Sequence record: OZ196285.1
DNA length: 64,000 nt
Direction: 5' to 3' (one strand)
Shown: piece by piece, positions 39,723 to 48,237 of the stretch
Position numbering within the stretch: position 1 is the stretch's first letter
Layout: the number at the start of each line of letters is the position of its first letter
Notes under the pieces: generated by a model
What the model saw: the letters and a program-made list of their open reading frames with translations, nothing else
What the model was told of the DNA's origin: nothing
The model's database searches: none
Made by a program: the position numbers and the translations under genes

Positions 39723-40224
39723 TGACTTGCACTTAGGTCACAAAAACATCGGGAAGTTTCGAGACGACATCGAAACGCCTGAAGACAACACAAAATGGAT
39801 TACCGACTTCTGGTTAGCAAACGTCAAAAAGCGCGACACTGTGATCATGCTTGGTGACACTGCGTTTACTGAAGACGCCATCGACATCATCGCAGATCTG
39901 CCGGGTTATAAGAAGCAGTTCGGTGGAAATCACGATGACTTGCCAGTCACAAGCTACATGCGTGCATTTGATGTCATTCGTGGCTGTGAGAAGTACAAGA
40001 AGCTTGGTTGGTTAAGTCACTTCCCGCTTCATCCAGACGAGCTGCGCGGTCACTTCAGCATTCACGGTCACGTGCATTATCAAACGATTGATGATTATCG
40101 TTACGTCAACGTGTGCTGCGACAACTTGCAACGTAACATTGGCCAGCCAATGATTCGACTCACTGATTTGCGTCAGTTGCTCGATATTCGTCGTGAAACA
40201 AAAGAAGTATCATACGACTTCTAA
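39700..40224 (+). CDS. Calcineurin-like metallophosphoesterase
   Basis: SDLHLGH, LGD, GNHD, HGHVH. Confidence 0.9.
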   Translation: MSCVWITSDLHLGHKNIGKFRDDIETPEDNTKWITDFWLANVKKRDTVIMLGDTAFTEDAIDIIADLPGYKKQFGGNHDDLPVTSYMRAFDVIRGCEKYKKLGWLSHFPLHPDELRGHFSIHGHVHYQTIDDYRYVNVCCDNLQRNIGQPMIRLTDLRQLLDIRRETKEVSYDF

Positions 40225-40234
40225 TGGGTCTATC

Positions 40235-40282
40235 TGCATGAACATCTAAATACAAGCATGTATTAAGGTTGGTGTTCATGCA
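40235..40282 (+). promoter_or_regulatory. RBS-sequestering hairpin containing a late promoter
   Basis: TGCATGAACA (40235-44) pairs with TGTTCATGCA (40273-82); TCTAAATA at 40245-52; ATG at 40285. Confidence 0.7.
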
Positions 40283-40284
40283 CT

Positions 40285-41130
40285 ATGATAGATGTTTTAC
40301 TGAGATATAATGTCAAGATCACGAATAGCCGAAAGCTCACTGTGTACACAGATGAAAATCGCTTGAATCTTATCGTTGAACTGGCAAACGAGCTAGAGGG
40401 CGAATACGTTAAGTGTGACCCTGGTAGTTCAATTGGTTGTATACAGATGGATAATTGCAGAGTATACGTCAAACCAATATCTAATCCCGGCATCGAGAAT
40501 GAACACAATTTCTTTTCTATTGTAAAGCAACATATTGATTCTGGTTGTAATCGGATTAAGATTGGTAGGCGCGTAATAAAGAATGTTCAGTCAATTGAAA
40601 TGACAGGGCATGATACGAAAAACAACAAAAAAGCCGATATGGTCATCAAGACTGCATCAGGCGATTTCCCGATTTCGATTAAAAAGTCAAACGCTGAACG
40701 TTGGGCAAGTACAGACGTGATTCATGGTACTGAAGCTTGCAAGCTGCTCGAACAAATGGTCTCTGATAAAACAGTTGAACTATCTGATTGGTCGGACGAC
40801 GGTAAAGTGAAGCGACTTAGCCAGCCAATAGCTCGTCGGCTGCGATTAGATGAAATAAATCAGGTCGTATTCGGTTCAGATATTCTTGGTGATGGTCTTG
40901 TGATCGTCAACAGCTTTACGTTAGATGATTTCGTGTTCAACAACGATACTTTACATATTAGCGGTGAAGTGCTGTATTCGTCGAAAGATGTTGCAAACAC
41001 AATTTACCACCCGTATATGATGATTAGAAATGACGCTTGTCGTCGTAGTAAGGCTTTGCCTTATGGCGTGCGAGTTGAAGTTGTATTCGAGTCACGAATT
41101 ACGAAAAACACGATTGTTTACGAGGAGTAA
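40285..41130 (+). CDS. Putative PD-(D/E)xK nuclease-fold protein
   Basis: KKADMVI...PISIKK motif. Confidence 0.5.
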   Translation: MIDVLLRYNVKITNSRKLTVYTDENRLNLIVELANELEGEYVKCDPGSSIGCIQMDNCRVYVKPISNPGIENEHNFFSIVKQHIDSGCNRIKIGRRVIKNVQSIEMTGHDTKNNKKADMVIKTASGDFPISIKKSNAERWASTDVIHGTEACKLLEQMVSDKTVELSDWSDDGKVKRLSQPIARRLRLDEINQVVFGSDILGDGLVIVNSFTLDDFVFNNDTLHISGEVLYSSKDVANTIYHPYMMIRNDACRRSKALPYGVRVEVVFESRITKNTIVYEE

Positions 41131-41133
41131 CCA

Positions 41134-41955
41134 TTGAATATTAAAGATAGAATCGAAGAGCTTATCGGGTCTATTCACAATTGCAGCACTAAAGATGGCG
41201 TTTGTGAGATCGAGAAGCTATACGGTCAGAAGAAAAAAGAGCTTGGCGCGAACATTACTCCGATGATGGATATTCGTGTTCGTGATGCTATTCGCGGCAA
41301 ATACGATATGTTCGACGCAGAAGCAGCCGAGAAGAAAGAAATGGCAGCACAGAAGAAAACTGAAACAGCCGCAGCAGCAATTGCCGGTAAATTCGACGAG
41401 GGTTTGCACGTTGTTGATGAAAAGTCGTTCTTCTTGCATGAGACTGTAGTCAATGAATCTGCAATCGACGCTATGTGTATCATGGACGTTGACGCAAGCA
41501 TTCCTACTATCGGTCACAAAGAGCTGTCAAAATCGCTTTCAGAAGCTTGTACGCACGTAGGTGCTCAGGGTCGAATCGTTGTTGGTGAAGTGGTCAACAA
41601 GCTATTGCCAATCGAAGAGCGCGTCGAAATTTTCGAATCGTTCTCTGACGTTGACGTTAAAGCCAAAGGCAACATGTTTGCTGAAGTTGAGACTCTAATT
41701 CAACGCGGTGTAACTCGCATGTTTGCGTTTGTTGAATCTGAACGAGTGGCAGAGTATCGTCGTCTAGGTCGTCACTTCTTACGTGTTGGTGGGCTACGCT
41801 TTGAAATCGTCGAAGTGAGCAACAAAGTACCATCTAGTGTTGTTGAGAATCTGATTCGCGACGACAATTTGGAAGAGTTTGTTGAGCATATGCCGATGCG
41901 CATGTACGAAGCTGAGAAGATCTTTGATCGTCAGCTTGAACGTTTGTTGGGGTAA
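41134..41955 (+). CDS. Cytidylyltransferase-like (HIGH-motif) nucleotidyltransferase, divergent
   Basis: PTIGH motif, C-terminal SSVVENLIRDDNLEEF; TTG start with GAGGAG RBS. Confidence 0.55.
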   Translation: MNIKDRIEELIGSIHNCSTKDGVCEIEKLYGQKKKELGANITPMMDIRVRDAIRGKYDMFDAEAAEKKEMAAQKKTETAAAAIAGKFDEGLHVVDEKSFFLHETVVNESAIDAMCIMDVDASIPTIGHKELSKSLSEACTHVGAQGRIVVGEVVNKLLPIEERVEIFESFSDVDVKAKGNMFAEVETLIQRGVTRMFAFVESERVAEYRRLGRHFLRVGGLRFEIVEVSNKVPSSVVENLIRDDNLEEFVEHMPMRMYEAEKIFDRQLERLLG

Positions 41956-41958
41956 TCT

Positions 41959-42450
41959 ATGAGCAATACTGCGAAACGAGGTGCTGACGGCTTCTATGCC
42001 TTGCGTCTGTCTACTCTGTTGCACATGCGATTCGACCGATGGGAAGCGTACAAGCTAGGTATCATCGATAAAGATGGTAAAAAGCTGCGCGATGCTGAAT
42101 CAGCGAAAGAGAAAGCAAACTGGACGCTGTTTCACGTTACAGTGTGTAACATCAAGAAAATGATTCACCTTTTACCGGGTGGCAAGACTGCACTCGATTA
42201 CGGTGCATCATATCTGTTGATGCTTGAGCTTCAGAAAGAGTACGACCTTGGTGACGAGTTCATCAATGAAGTGCGCAGACTTGAAGAAGCAGTAGTGGCA
42301 GGTGATGCGGGCGACGGAAGTGGCTCGCCAGAGTCAATTGCTACTGGTGAAACTACGGGCGCGGTGACTAACATCGGTGGCGCTGCAAAGCCAGATTCAG
42401 ACAAGAAAAAGAAAAAGAAGCGTTTGAAGAAATTCAGACACTTTGACTAA
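41959..42450 (+). CDS. gp61.1-like conserved protein with a gp23 N-arm-like segment
   Basis: AYKLGIIDKDG; EAVVAGD...TTGAVTNIG; upstream of the primase gene. Confidence 0.7.
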   Translation: MSNTAKRGADGFYALRLSTLLHMRFDRWEAYKLGIIDKDGKKLRDAESAKEKANWTLFHVTVCNIKKMIHLLPGGKTALDYGASYLLMLELQKEYDLGDEFINEVRRLEEAVVAGDAGDGSGSPESIATGETTGAVTNIGGAAKPDSDKKKKKKRLKKFRHFD

Positions 42451-42453
42451 CTA

Positions 42454-42479
42454 AATGCCTCGTTTTCGGGGCTTTTTTA
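42454..42479 (+). terminator. Probable terminator
   Basis: GCCTCG-TTTT-CGGGGC followed by a T tract. Confidence 0.6.
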
Positions 42480-42530
42480 TGTTTATTGTTCGTGAAACTC
42501 GTGTGATAATGCTATCACGGAGGTTATATT

Positions 42531-43589
42531 ATGCAAATTCTGATTGATATACAATACGCAAAGATGCTTCAGCATCGATTGCAGTTACCTAAGGTGCACA
42601 GTCACCGACCTTTCAAAATAAATGCTCGTTGTCCCGTATGCGGTGACTCAAAGAAGAACAAATACAAAACACGTTTCTGGATTAACGAAGTTAAGACGAA
42701 AGCGGGTGAAGTACATTTGCGCTGTTCATGTTGGAACTGCGACTTGAATGTGTCTTTGTTTCAGTTCTTAAAAGATCACGAGCCGTCTCTATTCTCACAA
42801 TATCGTGTAGACTTATTCAAAGAACGCAATTCACGCGAACGTAAAGAACGTGCACCTGAGCCAGTCGAAGAGAAAAAAGAAGCTGTAGCTATCGACAAAG
42901 AGCAAGAAGAGCAGTTGTTCTATAACATCAATGCGCTTAAAGAAGGGCATGTGATGCACAAGTACCTTGACTCGCGTCAAATCCCTCGTGACAAGTGGCA
43001 TTTGCTCGGCTTTACTCGTGGATGGACTCAAATGGCAAAGACTCTCAGACCTGATTTGTATGAGGGAGAGATTCGCCAAGATCACCCGCGTCTCGTAATA
43101 CCGATTTACAGCAAAGATGGCTTGCTTGCAGTACAAGGTCGAGCACTGACAAACAAGCACGCACAGCGTTACATGACGATTAAAATCGACGAAGATTTCA
43201 ACAAAATCTACGGCACTGAGCGCATCAACGAAGCCGACCCCGTAATTTACGTTGAGGGCCCAATTGATAGTTTATTCCTCTATAATTGCTGTGCTATAGT
43301 AGGTGGACAAGTTAGTCCGAAGAACGCGCCTTATGCAGGCAATCGCATTTGGGCTTTAGATAATGAGCCTCGCCACCCCGATGTTGTCAAGCGTCTTCAG
43401 ACGTTGATTAAAGCAGGTGAGCGAGTTGTAATATGGGATAAGCTCCCACCGGTAATCGCTAATAAGAAAGACATTAACGATTTCGTAAAAGCTGGTGTAT
43501 CTGCTGAGTACATTCAGCAATACATTTATGACAACGCAGTCAGTGGTCTGGTTGCGACAAATAGATTAAACAGATGGAAGAAAATTTAA
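42531..43589 (+). CDS. 61: DNA primase
   Basis: RCPVCGDS..CSCWNC zinc finger, RLVIP, YVEGPIDSLF, DINDF. Confidence 0.96.
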   Translation: MQILIDIQYAKMLQHRLQLPKVHSHRPFKINARCPVCGDSKKNKYKTRFWINEVKTKAGEVHLRCSCWNCDLNVSLFQFLKDHEPSLFSQYRVDLFKERNSRERKERAPEPVEEKKEAVAIDKEQEEQLFYNINALKEGHVMHKYLDSRQIPRDKWHLLGFTRGWTQMAKTLRPDLYEGEIRQDHPRLVIPIYSKDGLLAVQGRALTNKHAQRYMTIKIDEDFNKIYGTERINEADPVIYVEGPIDSLFLYNCCAIVGGQVSPKNAPYAGNRIWALDNEPRHPDVVKRLQTLIKAGERVVIWDKLPPVIANKKDINDFVKAGVSAEYIQQYIYDNAVSGLVATNRLNRWKKI

Positions 43590-44086
43590 TGCATATCATT
43601 TACCTACCGCACTACAAAGAAAACAAAGAACTTGGTCTTGACGCTATCGAGCCACTGAAAGTAACAGACCCTGATAATGCGGGCATTGATTTACGCGCTG
43701 CAATCGAAGAGTCAATAGAGCTACCACCGGGTGCTTCAGTTGTAATTCCGACTGGTGTCAAGATTGACATCACATCGCATTCACTACACAATCATTTCAC
43801 CGATGTTGGTGTTTACGGCATGGCAGCTCCTCGTTCAGGTATGGGCTTCAAACACTTTGTGCGTTTGGCAAACACGATTGGCATTATCGACGCGAACTAT
43901 CAAGGCGAGATCATGATCAAGCTTCGCAACGAAGGTGAAAACATCGTTACTATCGAGCGCGGTGATCGTTTCTGTCAGCTAATTTTCCAACTGTACGTAA
44001 AAGGCGTGACATTTGAAGAAGTCGACCGATTCGAAACTGAATCAGAACGAGGTGCAAGTGGCTTTGGCAATAGCGGGGTGAAATAA
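43574..44086 (+). CDS. dut: Trimeric dUTPase
   Basis: AGIDL, PRSGMG, GIIDANYQGEI, ERGASGFGNSG. Confidence 0.95.
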   Translation: MEENLMHIIYLPHYKENKELGLDAIEPLKVTDPDNAGIDLRAAIEESIELPPGASVVIPTGVKIDITSHSLHNHFTDVGVYGMAAPRSGMGFKHFVRLANTIGIIDANYQGEIMIKLRNEGENIVTIERGDRFCQLIFQLYVKGVTFEEVDRFETESERGASGFGNSGVK

Positions 44087-44322
44087 TGCACACACCTATT
44101 TCTAAAACCGGTGAGCTTCTAGGGTCGATGCGTGCAATCGTGATTGACGAGCGCATTGAAAGTGCGCTTCGTTTTGACCTTACAAACGATCAAGAAATCA
44201 AACAGCGAATGATCAATTCGCGCAAAGCTACTCTTGGTGAGATACAAGATCAGCAGAACAAAATCAACCTGAAGCTCAAGCTTCTACATCAATTACTTGA
44301 CTTGAAAGGGGCTATTTTATGA
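44086..44322 (+). CDS. Hypothetical protein
   Basis: Coupled ORF, coiled-coil. Confidence 0.65.
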   Translation: MHTPISKTGELLGSMRAIVIDERIESALRFDLTNDQEIKQRMINSRKATLGEIQDQQNKINLKLKLLHQLLDLKGAIL

Positions 44323-45005
44323 GTAAGCCAATATACGACATTTTAATCGATTACGAGGGCTTTGACGTTACGCCTGAAGCTGCTGTAATCGAACTGGGTG
44401 CAGTTGAATTCGAACACGATTTCACAAAAGTTCCTGACTATCAAGATCTGGTGAAGAACTCATTCCGATGTAAGTTCGAGATCAAGCATCAGAAAGGTGT
44501 TCGCAGCATCAACAAAGCAACGGTCAAGTGGTGGTCTGAACAATCGAAAGAAGCGAAAGAGATTCTTATCCCGTCTATCTACGATGTGTCAGTCGAAGAA
44601 GGGCACAAGATGTTCATCGATTGGATTGAGAACAACACGCGTTATGACGGTCGTTCGCACTTCTACTGTCGTGGTAATAACTACGATATCCCGTTGATGG
44701 CTGACTGTTTCCGTTCTGAGGGGCTGCGTCATGCAATCATCGAGCGATTCTGGAAGTTCAGAGACGTTCGTACGCGAATCGAAGCACTAATGCTGCAACG
44801 TGATATGTGTAAAGTGCCAATCAAGCGCGACATGATGCCTGGGTTCGTGCATCACAATGGCGTACACGATTGCGCGAAAGATGTCATGATGCTTATCATG
44901 GCTGCACGATACGCACTGGAGCTTGAAGAGCTGCCAGAGAAAATGGAATGTCACGAAGTCTCGGTAGACTTTACTGACGAAGAAAAAGAGGAACTTGGTC
45001 TATGA
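44319..45005 (+). CDS. dexA: DEDD-family exonuclease A
   Basis: IDYE, CRGNNYDIP, HNGVHDCAKD. Confidence 0.9.
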   Translation: MSKPIYDILIDYEGFDVTPEAAVIELGAVEFEHDFTKVPDYQDLVKNSFRCKFEIKHQKGVRSINKATVKWWSEQSKEAKEILIPSIYDVSVEEGHKMFIDWIENNTRYDGRSHFYCRGNNYDIPLMADCFRSEGLRHAIIERFWKFRDVRTRIEALMLQRDMCKVPIKRDMMPGFVHHNGVHDCAKDVMMLIMAARYALELEELPEKMECHEVSVDFTDEEKEELGL

Positions 45006-45163
45006 TCATTGCTGTACACTTACTATCACAGGCAAAGCCTGTGATTCACGAGAACATCAAGAACGCTTACACGAAAGACGGCTTGTATTGCCTCATGCAG
45101 AAAGATGGTACTGTTTACAAGTACCCGCTGATTAATATTTTCCGCGTTATCGAAAATATGTAA
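45002..45163 (+). CDS. 53-aa hypothetical protein (absent from the ORF track)
   Basis: ATGA overlap with dexA, GAGGA RBS, MIIAVHLLSQAKPV... Confidence 0.65.
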   Translation: MIIAVHLLSQAKPVIHENIKNAYTKDGLYCLMQKDGTVYKYPLINIFRVIENM

Positions 45164-45170
45164 AAAACGG

Positions 45171-45214
45171 TTGCGTTGTTGATGCTGATCACCTATGATT
45201 CTTGCATCAACAAC
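45171..45214 (+). promoter_or_regulatory. Early promoter inside an 11-bp inverted repeat
   Basis: GG-TTGCGT-17-TATGAT; arms at 45175-85 and 45204-14. Confidence 0.7.
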
Positions 45215-45231
45215 AAAACGAGAACATTATC

Positions 45232-45756
45232 ATGCAACATACACTGACTTTTCAGCACATTTGGTTCAATTTGACAATCAAAGAACGCAAGCTTGTAGCA
45301 TTTGAAGAGCACGACAACTACGCGGGTGGTAATCTGATTATTCCTGACAACGTTGTGCCTGAGCATTGGGCTTATGATAACATCGCAAATCGTATTGAAT
45401 CGACGCGTGATCGTGTAGTTGTTCAGCAATTCTTATCAATGCACACTGACAATGGTTGGCGTAGTGTTGAAAACTACAAACAGTTTGTTCAGCCTTATGA
45501 AGGCGCAGCATATTCGATTTTCATGTGCGACACGACTCTGATCGTTCGTTCACGCGCTCTTCAAATGGAGCCGCAAGTAGACAACTTCTTTGAAAACGAA
45601 GTATGCAATCTAAATCGCGAGAAAATTGCAACTGAACTGTTAATGATGGTTAATCAAGGTATCGTTGATATCGAGACGCTTGGTGATAAGTCGTTCAACG
45701 ACATCGTGAATGAAAGCTTCACGACAATTAATGATGAAAAACACGGAGAATCGTAG
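45232..45756 (+). CDS. Early hypothetical protein
   Basis: GAGAACATTATCATG RBS. Confidence 0.7.
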   Translation: MQHTLTFQHIWFNLTIKERKLVAFEEHDNYAGGNLIIPDNVVPEHWAYDNIANRIESTRDRVVVQQFLSMHTDNGWRSVENYKQFVQPYEGAAYSIFMCDTTLIVRSRALQMEPQVDNFFENEVCNLNREKIATELLMMVNQGIVDIETLGDKSFNDIVNESFTTINDEKHGES

Positions 45757-46196
45757 TGAAAGGTTATATTTTTGTAAATCGATACTGTAAAGGTATTCAA
45801 GCGGGTATTCAAGGCGCACATGCAATCTTGCGTTTAGCACGCAAGAACGGCGAAGAATTTCAAAAGTGGTTAGATTCACACGAAACTATCGTGATTCTAT
45901 CTGCTGCTAGTCACGACCATCTAGAAGCAATTAAAGCGCGTCTAGAAGAGATCGGTGGCATTGAAGACATTCAAACTTTCACAGAAGAAGGTTTACGTGA
46001 CTCGCTAACTGCGCTATCATTTATTGGTGACGAGCAGCTAATCTCTGTTCAAACAGAAATGTACGAATGGCGACAGCTTCGCAAAGTCGGTGAAGGTCTG
46101 AAACGACGTGAATTCGATAGCGACATGTACTTCAAGTATGGTCAAACGTACGAACTTGCACTTTATCTACAAGGATTTAGCAAACATGACGGTTAA
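45756..46196 (+). CDS. Peptidyl-tRNA hydrolase 2 (PTH2)-like fold protein
   Basis: YIFVN...GIQGAHA...W...TIVIL...FTEEGL...TAL pattern; GTG start. Confidence 0.5.
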   Translation: MKGYIFVNRYCKGIQAGIQGAHAILRLARKNGEEFQKWLDSHETIVILSAASHDHLEAIKARLEEIGGIEDIQTFTEEGLRDSLTALSFIGDEQLISVQTEMYEWRQLRKVGEGLKRREFDSDMYFKYGQTYELALYLQGFSKHDG

Positions 46197-46419
46197 TAAA
46201 TTACGAATGACAACTGCGTCTCGTTTCGACGAGCTAGTTTCTCTACCAGACGTGGTGGTTAAAAATACGACAATCGGTTCAGAATTCATCACTTCTGTTT
46301 ACAGAAACGAGAACATTCTTGCTGAACGTATCATCGAAATGAAGCAAGCTGAACACTTTGAAGTGGCTCTATCTGAGCCAGTCAAAGAAGCGCGTCGCAA
46401 CCCTAAACTACCGGGATAA
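46186..46419 (+). CDS. Hypothetical protein
   Basis: ATG 46186 with AAGGA RBS. Confidence 0.6.
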   Translation: MTVNKLRMTTASRFDELVSLPDVVVKNTTIGSEFITSVYRNENILAERIIEMKQAEHFEVALSEPVKEARRNPKLPG

Positions 46420-46423
46420 GAAC

Positions 46424-46609
46424 ATGAAAAAATCTAAAGGTTTTACTCTCATCGAAATGATTGTGACTGTTGTTATTCTCGGTATTCTCGCTTCGGTTGC
46501 TCTTGCCTTCTTATCTGGACAAGACTCGACGTATTACCCTACATCGTATCAAGAAAAGGTCATCGAGCTTGATGGTACTGAATATCAATGCACACCTACG
46601 GGACGATAA
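46424..46609 (+). CDS. Truncated type IV prepilin-like peptide (61 aa)
   Basis: MKKSKG|FTLIEMIVTVVILGILASVALAF class III signal peptide. Confidence 0.8.
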   Translation: MKKSKGFTLIEMIVTVVILGILASVALAFLSGQDSTYYPTSYQEKVIELDGTEYQCTPTGR

Positions 46610-47509
46610 ATGCAAAACTATTTGAACTTATGTCAAGACATCATCGATAATGGTGATGTTCTTGAGAATCGAACTGGCACGAAGACACTCAGTGTCATTT
46701 CACGCGAATTGCGTTGGGATTTAGCAGACGGTTTCCCGTTGCTAACGACTAAGAAAATGGCTTTGCGTGCTATCATCGGTGAGCTATTGTGGTTCATTAG
46801 CGGCTCTGGCAGCATTTCTCGACTTCGTAAATACTCGAATCTCGATGACGATGCGTTCTGTATCTGGCAGCAAAATCTTGATGAGTTGAATGAGCGTGCA
46901 AAAGAAGCAGGTATCGTTCGAAACGAAGACGATCTCGGCTACGTATACGGCAAAGTTTGGCGTAATCGTCTGAGCGTTGACCCTGACGGTAACGTAACTA
47001 CGTTCGACCAGTTTCATCAATTGCTGTGTGACATCATGGAAGTTAAAGCAGACCCTACAAAGGCAGCTCAACGTCGCATGATCGTAGATGCATGGGATCC
47101 GTACTTTCATACGCTTGAGAATTCGACTGACGTAGCACTACCGCCATGTCACTACGGTTATCAAGTGTTCGTACGCAACGGCAAAATCTCTCTCAAGTGG
47201 AATCAGCGTTCGGTTGATACATTCTTGGGCTTGCCTTTCAACATCGCGTCATACGCTGCTCTAGTGCATATTCTAGCAGAGCTGACAGGTCTTGAAGTAG
47301 GCGAACTGATTTTCTCTGGCGGTGATGTTCATCTTTACGAAGATCACTTGATTGGTGTAGCGCAACAAATGCAGCGTGAGCCACGTTCACTTGGACGCCT
47401 AGAGTTTCCACATTTCGAAACGCTAGGCGATTTATTGTCAATGACTGCGAAAGACTTTGCAGTGAGCGACTACGACCCACATCCCGCAATTAAAGGTAAG
47501 ATGTCATGA
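46610..47509 (+). CDS. td: Thymidylate synthase (ThyA), no intron
   Basis: FPLLTTKK, ALPPCH, QRSVDTFLGLPFNIASY, DVHLY. Confidence 0.97.
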   Translation: MQNYLNLCQDIIDNGDVLENRTGTKTLSVISRELRWDLADGFPLLTTKKMALRAIIGELLWFISGSGSISRLRKYSNLDDDAFCIWQQNLDELNERAKEAGIVRNEDDLGYVYGKVWRNRLSVDPDGNVTTFDQFHQLLCDIMEVKADPTKAAQRRMIVDAWDPYFHTLENSTDVALPPCHYGYQVFVRNGKISLKWNQRSVDTFLGLPFNIASYAALVHILAELTGLEVGELIFSGGDVHLYEDHLIGVAQQMQREPRSLGRLEFPHFETLGDLLSMTAKDFAVSDYDPHPAIKGKMS

Positions 47510-47718
47510 GCAACACATTAAAAACAAGCAAAGTGAATTACTTCGATTTCAAGCCAGGTACTAAAGTCATCGTGATTGAGCGTCATTCGACGTATCAAGG
47601 TGAACAACTGACTTTGCCATACAGTGAATGTGTAGCATTCAACGATCATCGAATCTCGTCTGGCGTACTGACTGACGGTAAGATTCACTACATGTATGAC
47701 TTTGAGTTAGAGGACTAA
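47506..47718 (+). CDS. Hypothetical protein
   Basis: Coupled ORF. Confidence 0.65.
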   Translation: MSNTLKTSKVNYFDFKPGTKVIVIERHSTYQGEQLTLPYSECVAFNDHRISSGVLTDGKIHYMYDFELED

Positions 47719-47721
47719 CAA

Positions 47722-47931
47722 ATGCACGGTGATTTTTTAGTTGCGATGATTAAGGCATGGATTACTATCGTGCTGATCATCGTGGGATTGAGCGCAGTGG
47801 TAATTGGTGGCATTGGCTACGGGATATATCTTGTCGCAACTGGCACACTAGTGGGTGGTGGTGTTTTAATCATCGGCTTAGTGCTGCTTCTTATTTTATT
47901 GATTAAGTTATGGGGTGATATATGTTACTAG
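47722..47931 (+). CDS. Hypothetical two-helix membrane protein
   Basis: Two long hydrophobic Gly-rich segments. Confidence 0.65.
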   Translation: MHGDFLVAMIKAWITIVLIIVGLSAVVIGGIGYGIYLVATGTLVGGGVLIIGLVLLLILLIKLWGDICY

Positions 47932-48212
47932 CTGTATATGCCGAAGTAGACACGAATGATGGTGATTACGTTGGCGATTTGAAGCCAATTACGAGTGAAG
48001 ATGTCGAGCGTCTTGAAGAGCTTGTTCAACGTTCTGGTGATAGTCTAGCATCGTGGTCAGATGGCGAATGTCAAACGCAAAGCAATCATTTGGTGTATCC
48101 GATGTTCAGTCAAGATGAACTAAGCTTCATTGATGATTACTTGCCATCGCCTGAATACGGCTTTCACACGATTGAAACCATCAAAATCGTGCAGGTGCTA
48201 AACACTTTGTGA
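47922..48212 (+). CDS. Hypothetical acidic protein
   Basis: Coupled ORF. Confidence 0.65.
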   Translation: MLLAVYAEVDTNDGDYVGDLKPITSEDVERLEELVQRSGDSLASWSDGECQTQSNHLVYPMFSQDELSFIDDYLPSPEYGFHTIETIKIVQVLNTL

Positions 48213-48223
48213 TCTAAATCACA
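48208..48223. promoter_or_regulatory. CRP-like box
   Basis: TGTGATCTAAATCACA, 15/16 match to consensus TGTGATCTAGATCACA. Confidence 0.6.
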
Positions 48224-48237
48224 CAAAATATCAATAA

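Noticed and set aside
40285-41130. Nuclease-like gene as a mobile homing endonuclease
   Set aside because: No GIY-YIG, HNH or LAGLIDADG motif and no obvious DNA-binding tail; it appears operonic with two downstream genes. Not excluded without a search.
42503-42518. GTGA-N8-TCAC palindrome upstream of the primase gene as a third CRP site
   Set aside because: Spacer is 8 rather than 6 nt and it overlaps the -10 region; more likely a small hairpin.
36045-47509. Introns or inteins in nrdD and td (and in uvsX, 41, 61)
   Set aside because: All reading frames are continuous and of ordinary length, with no splice or intein motifs.
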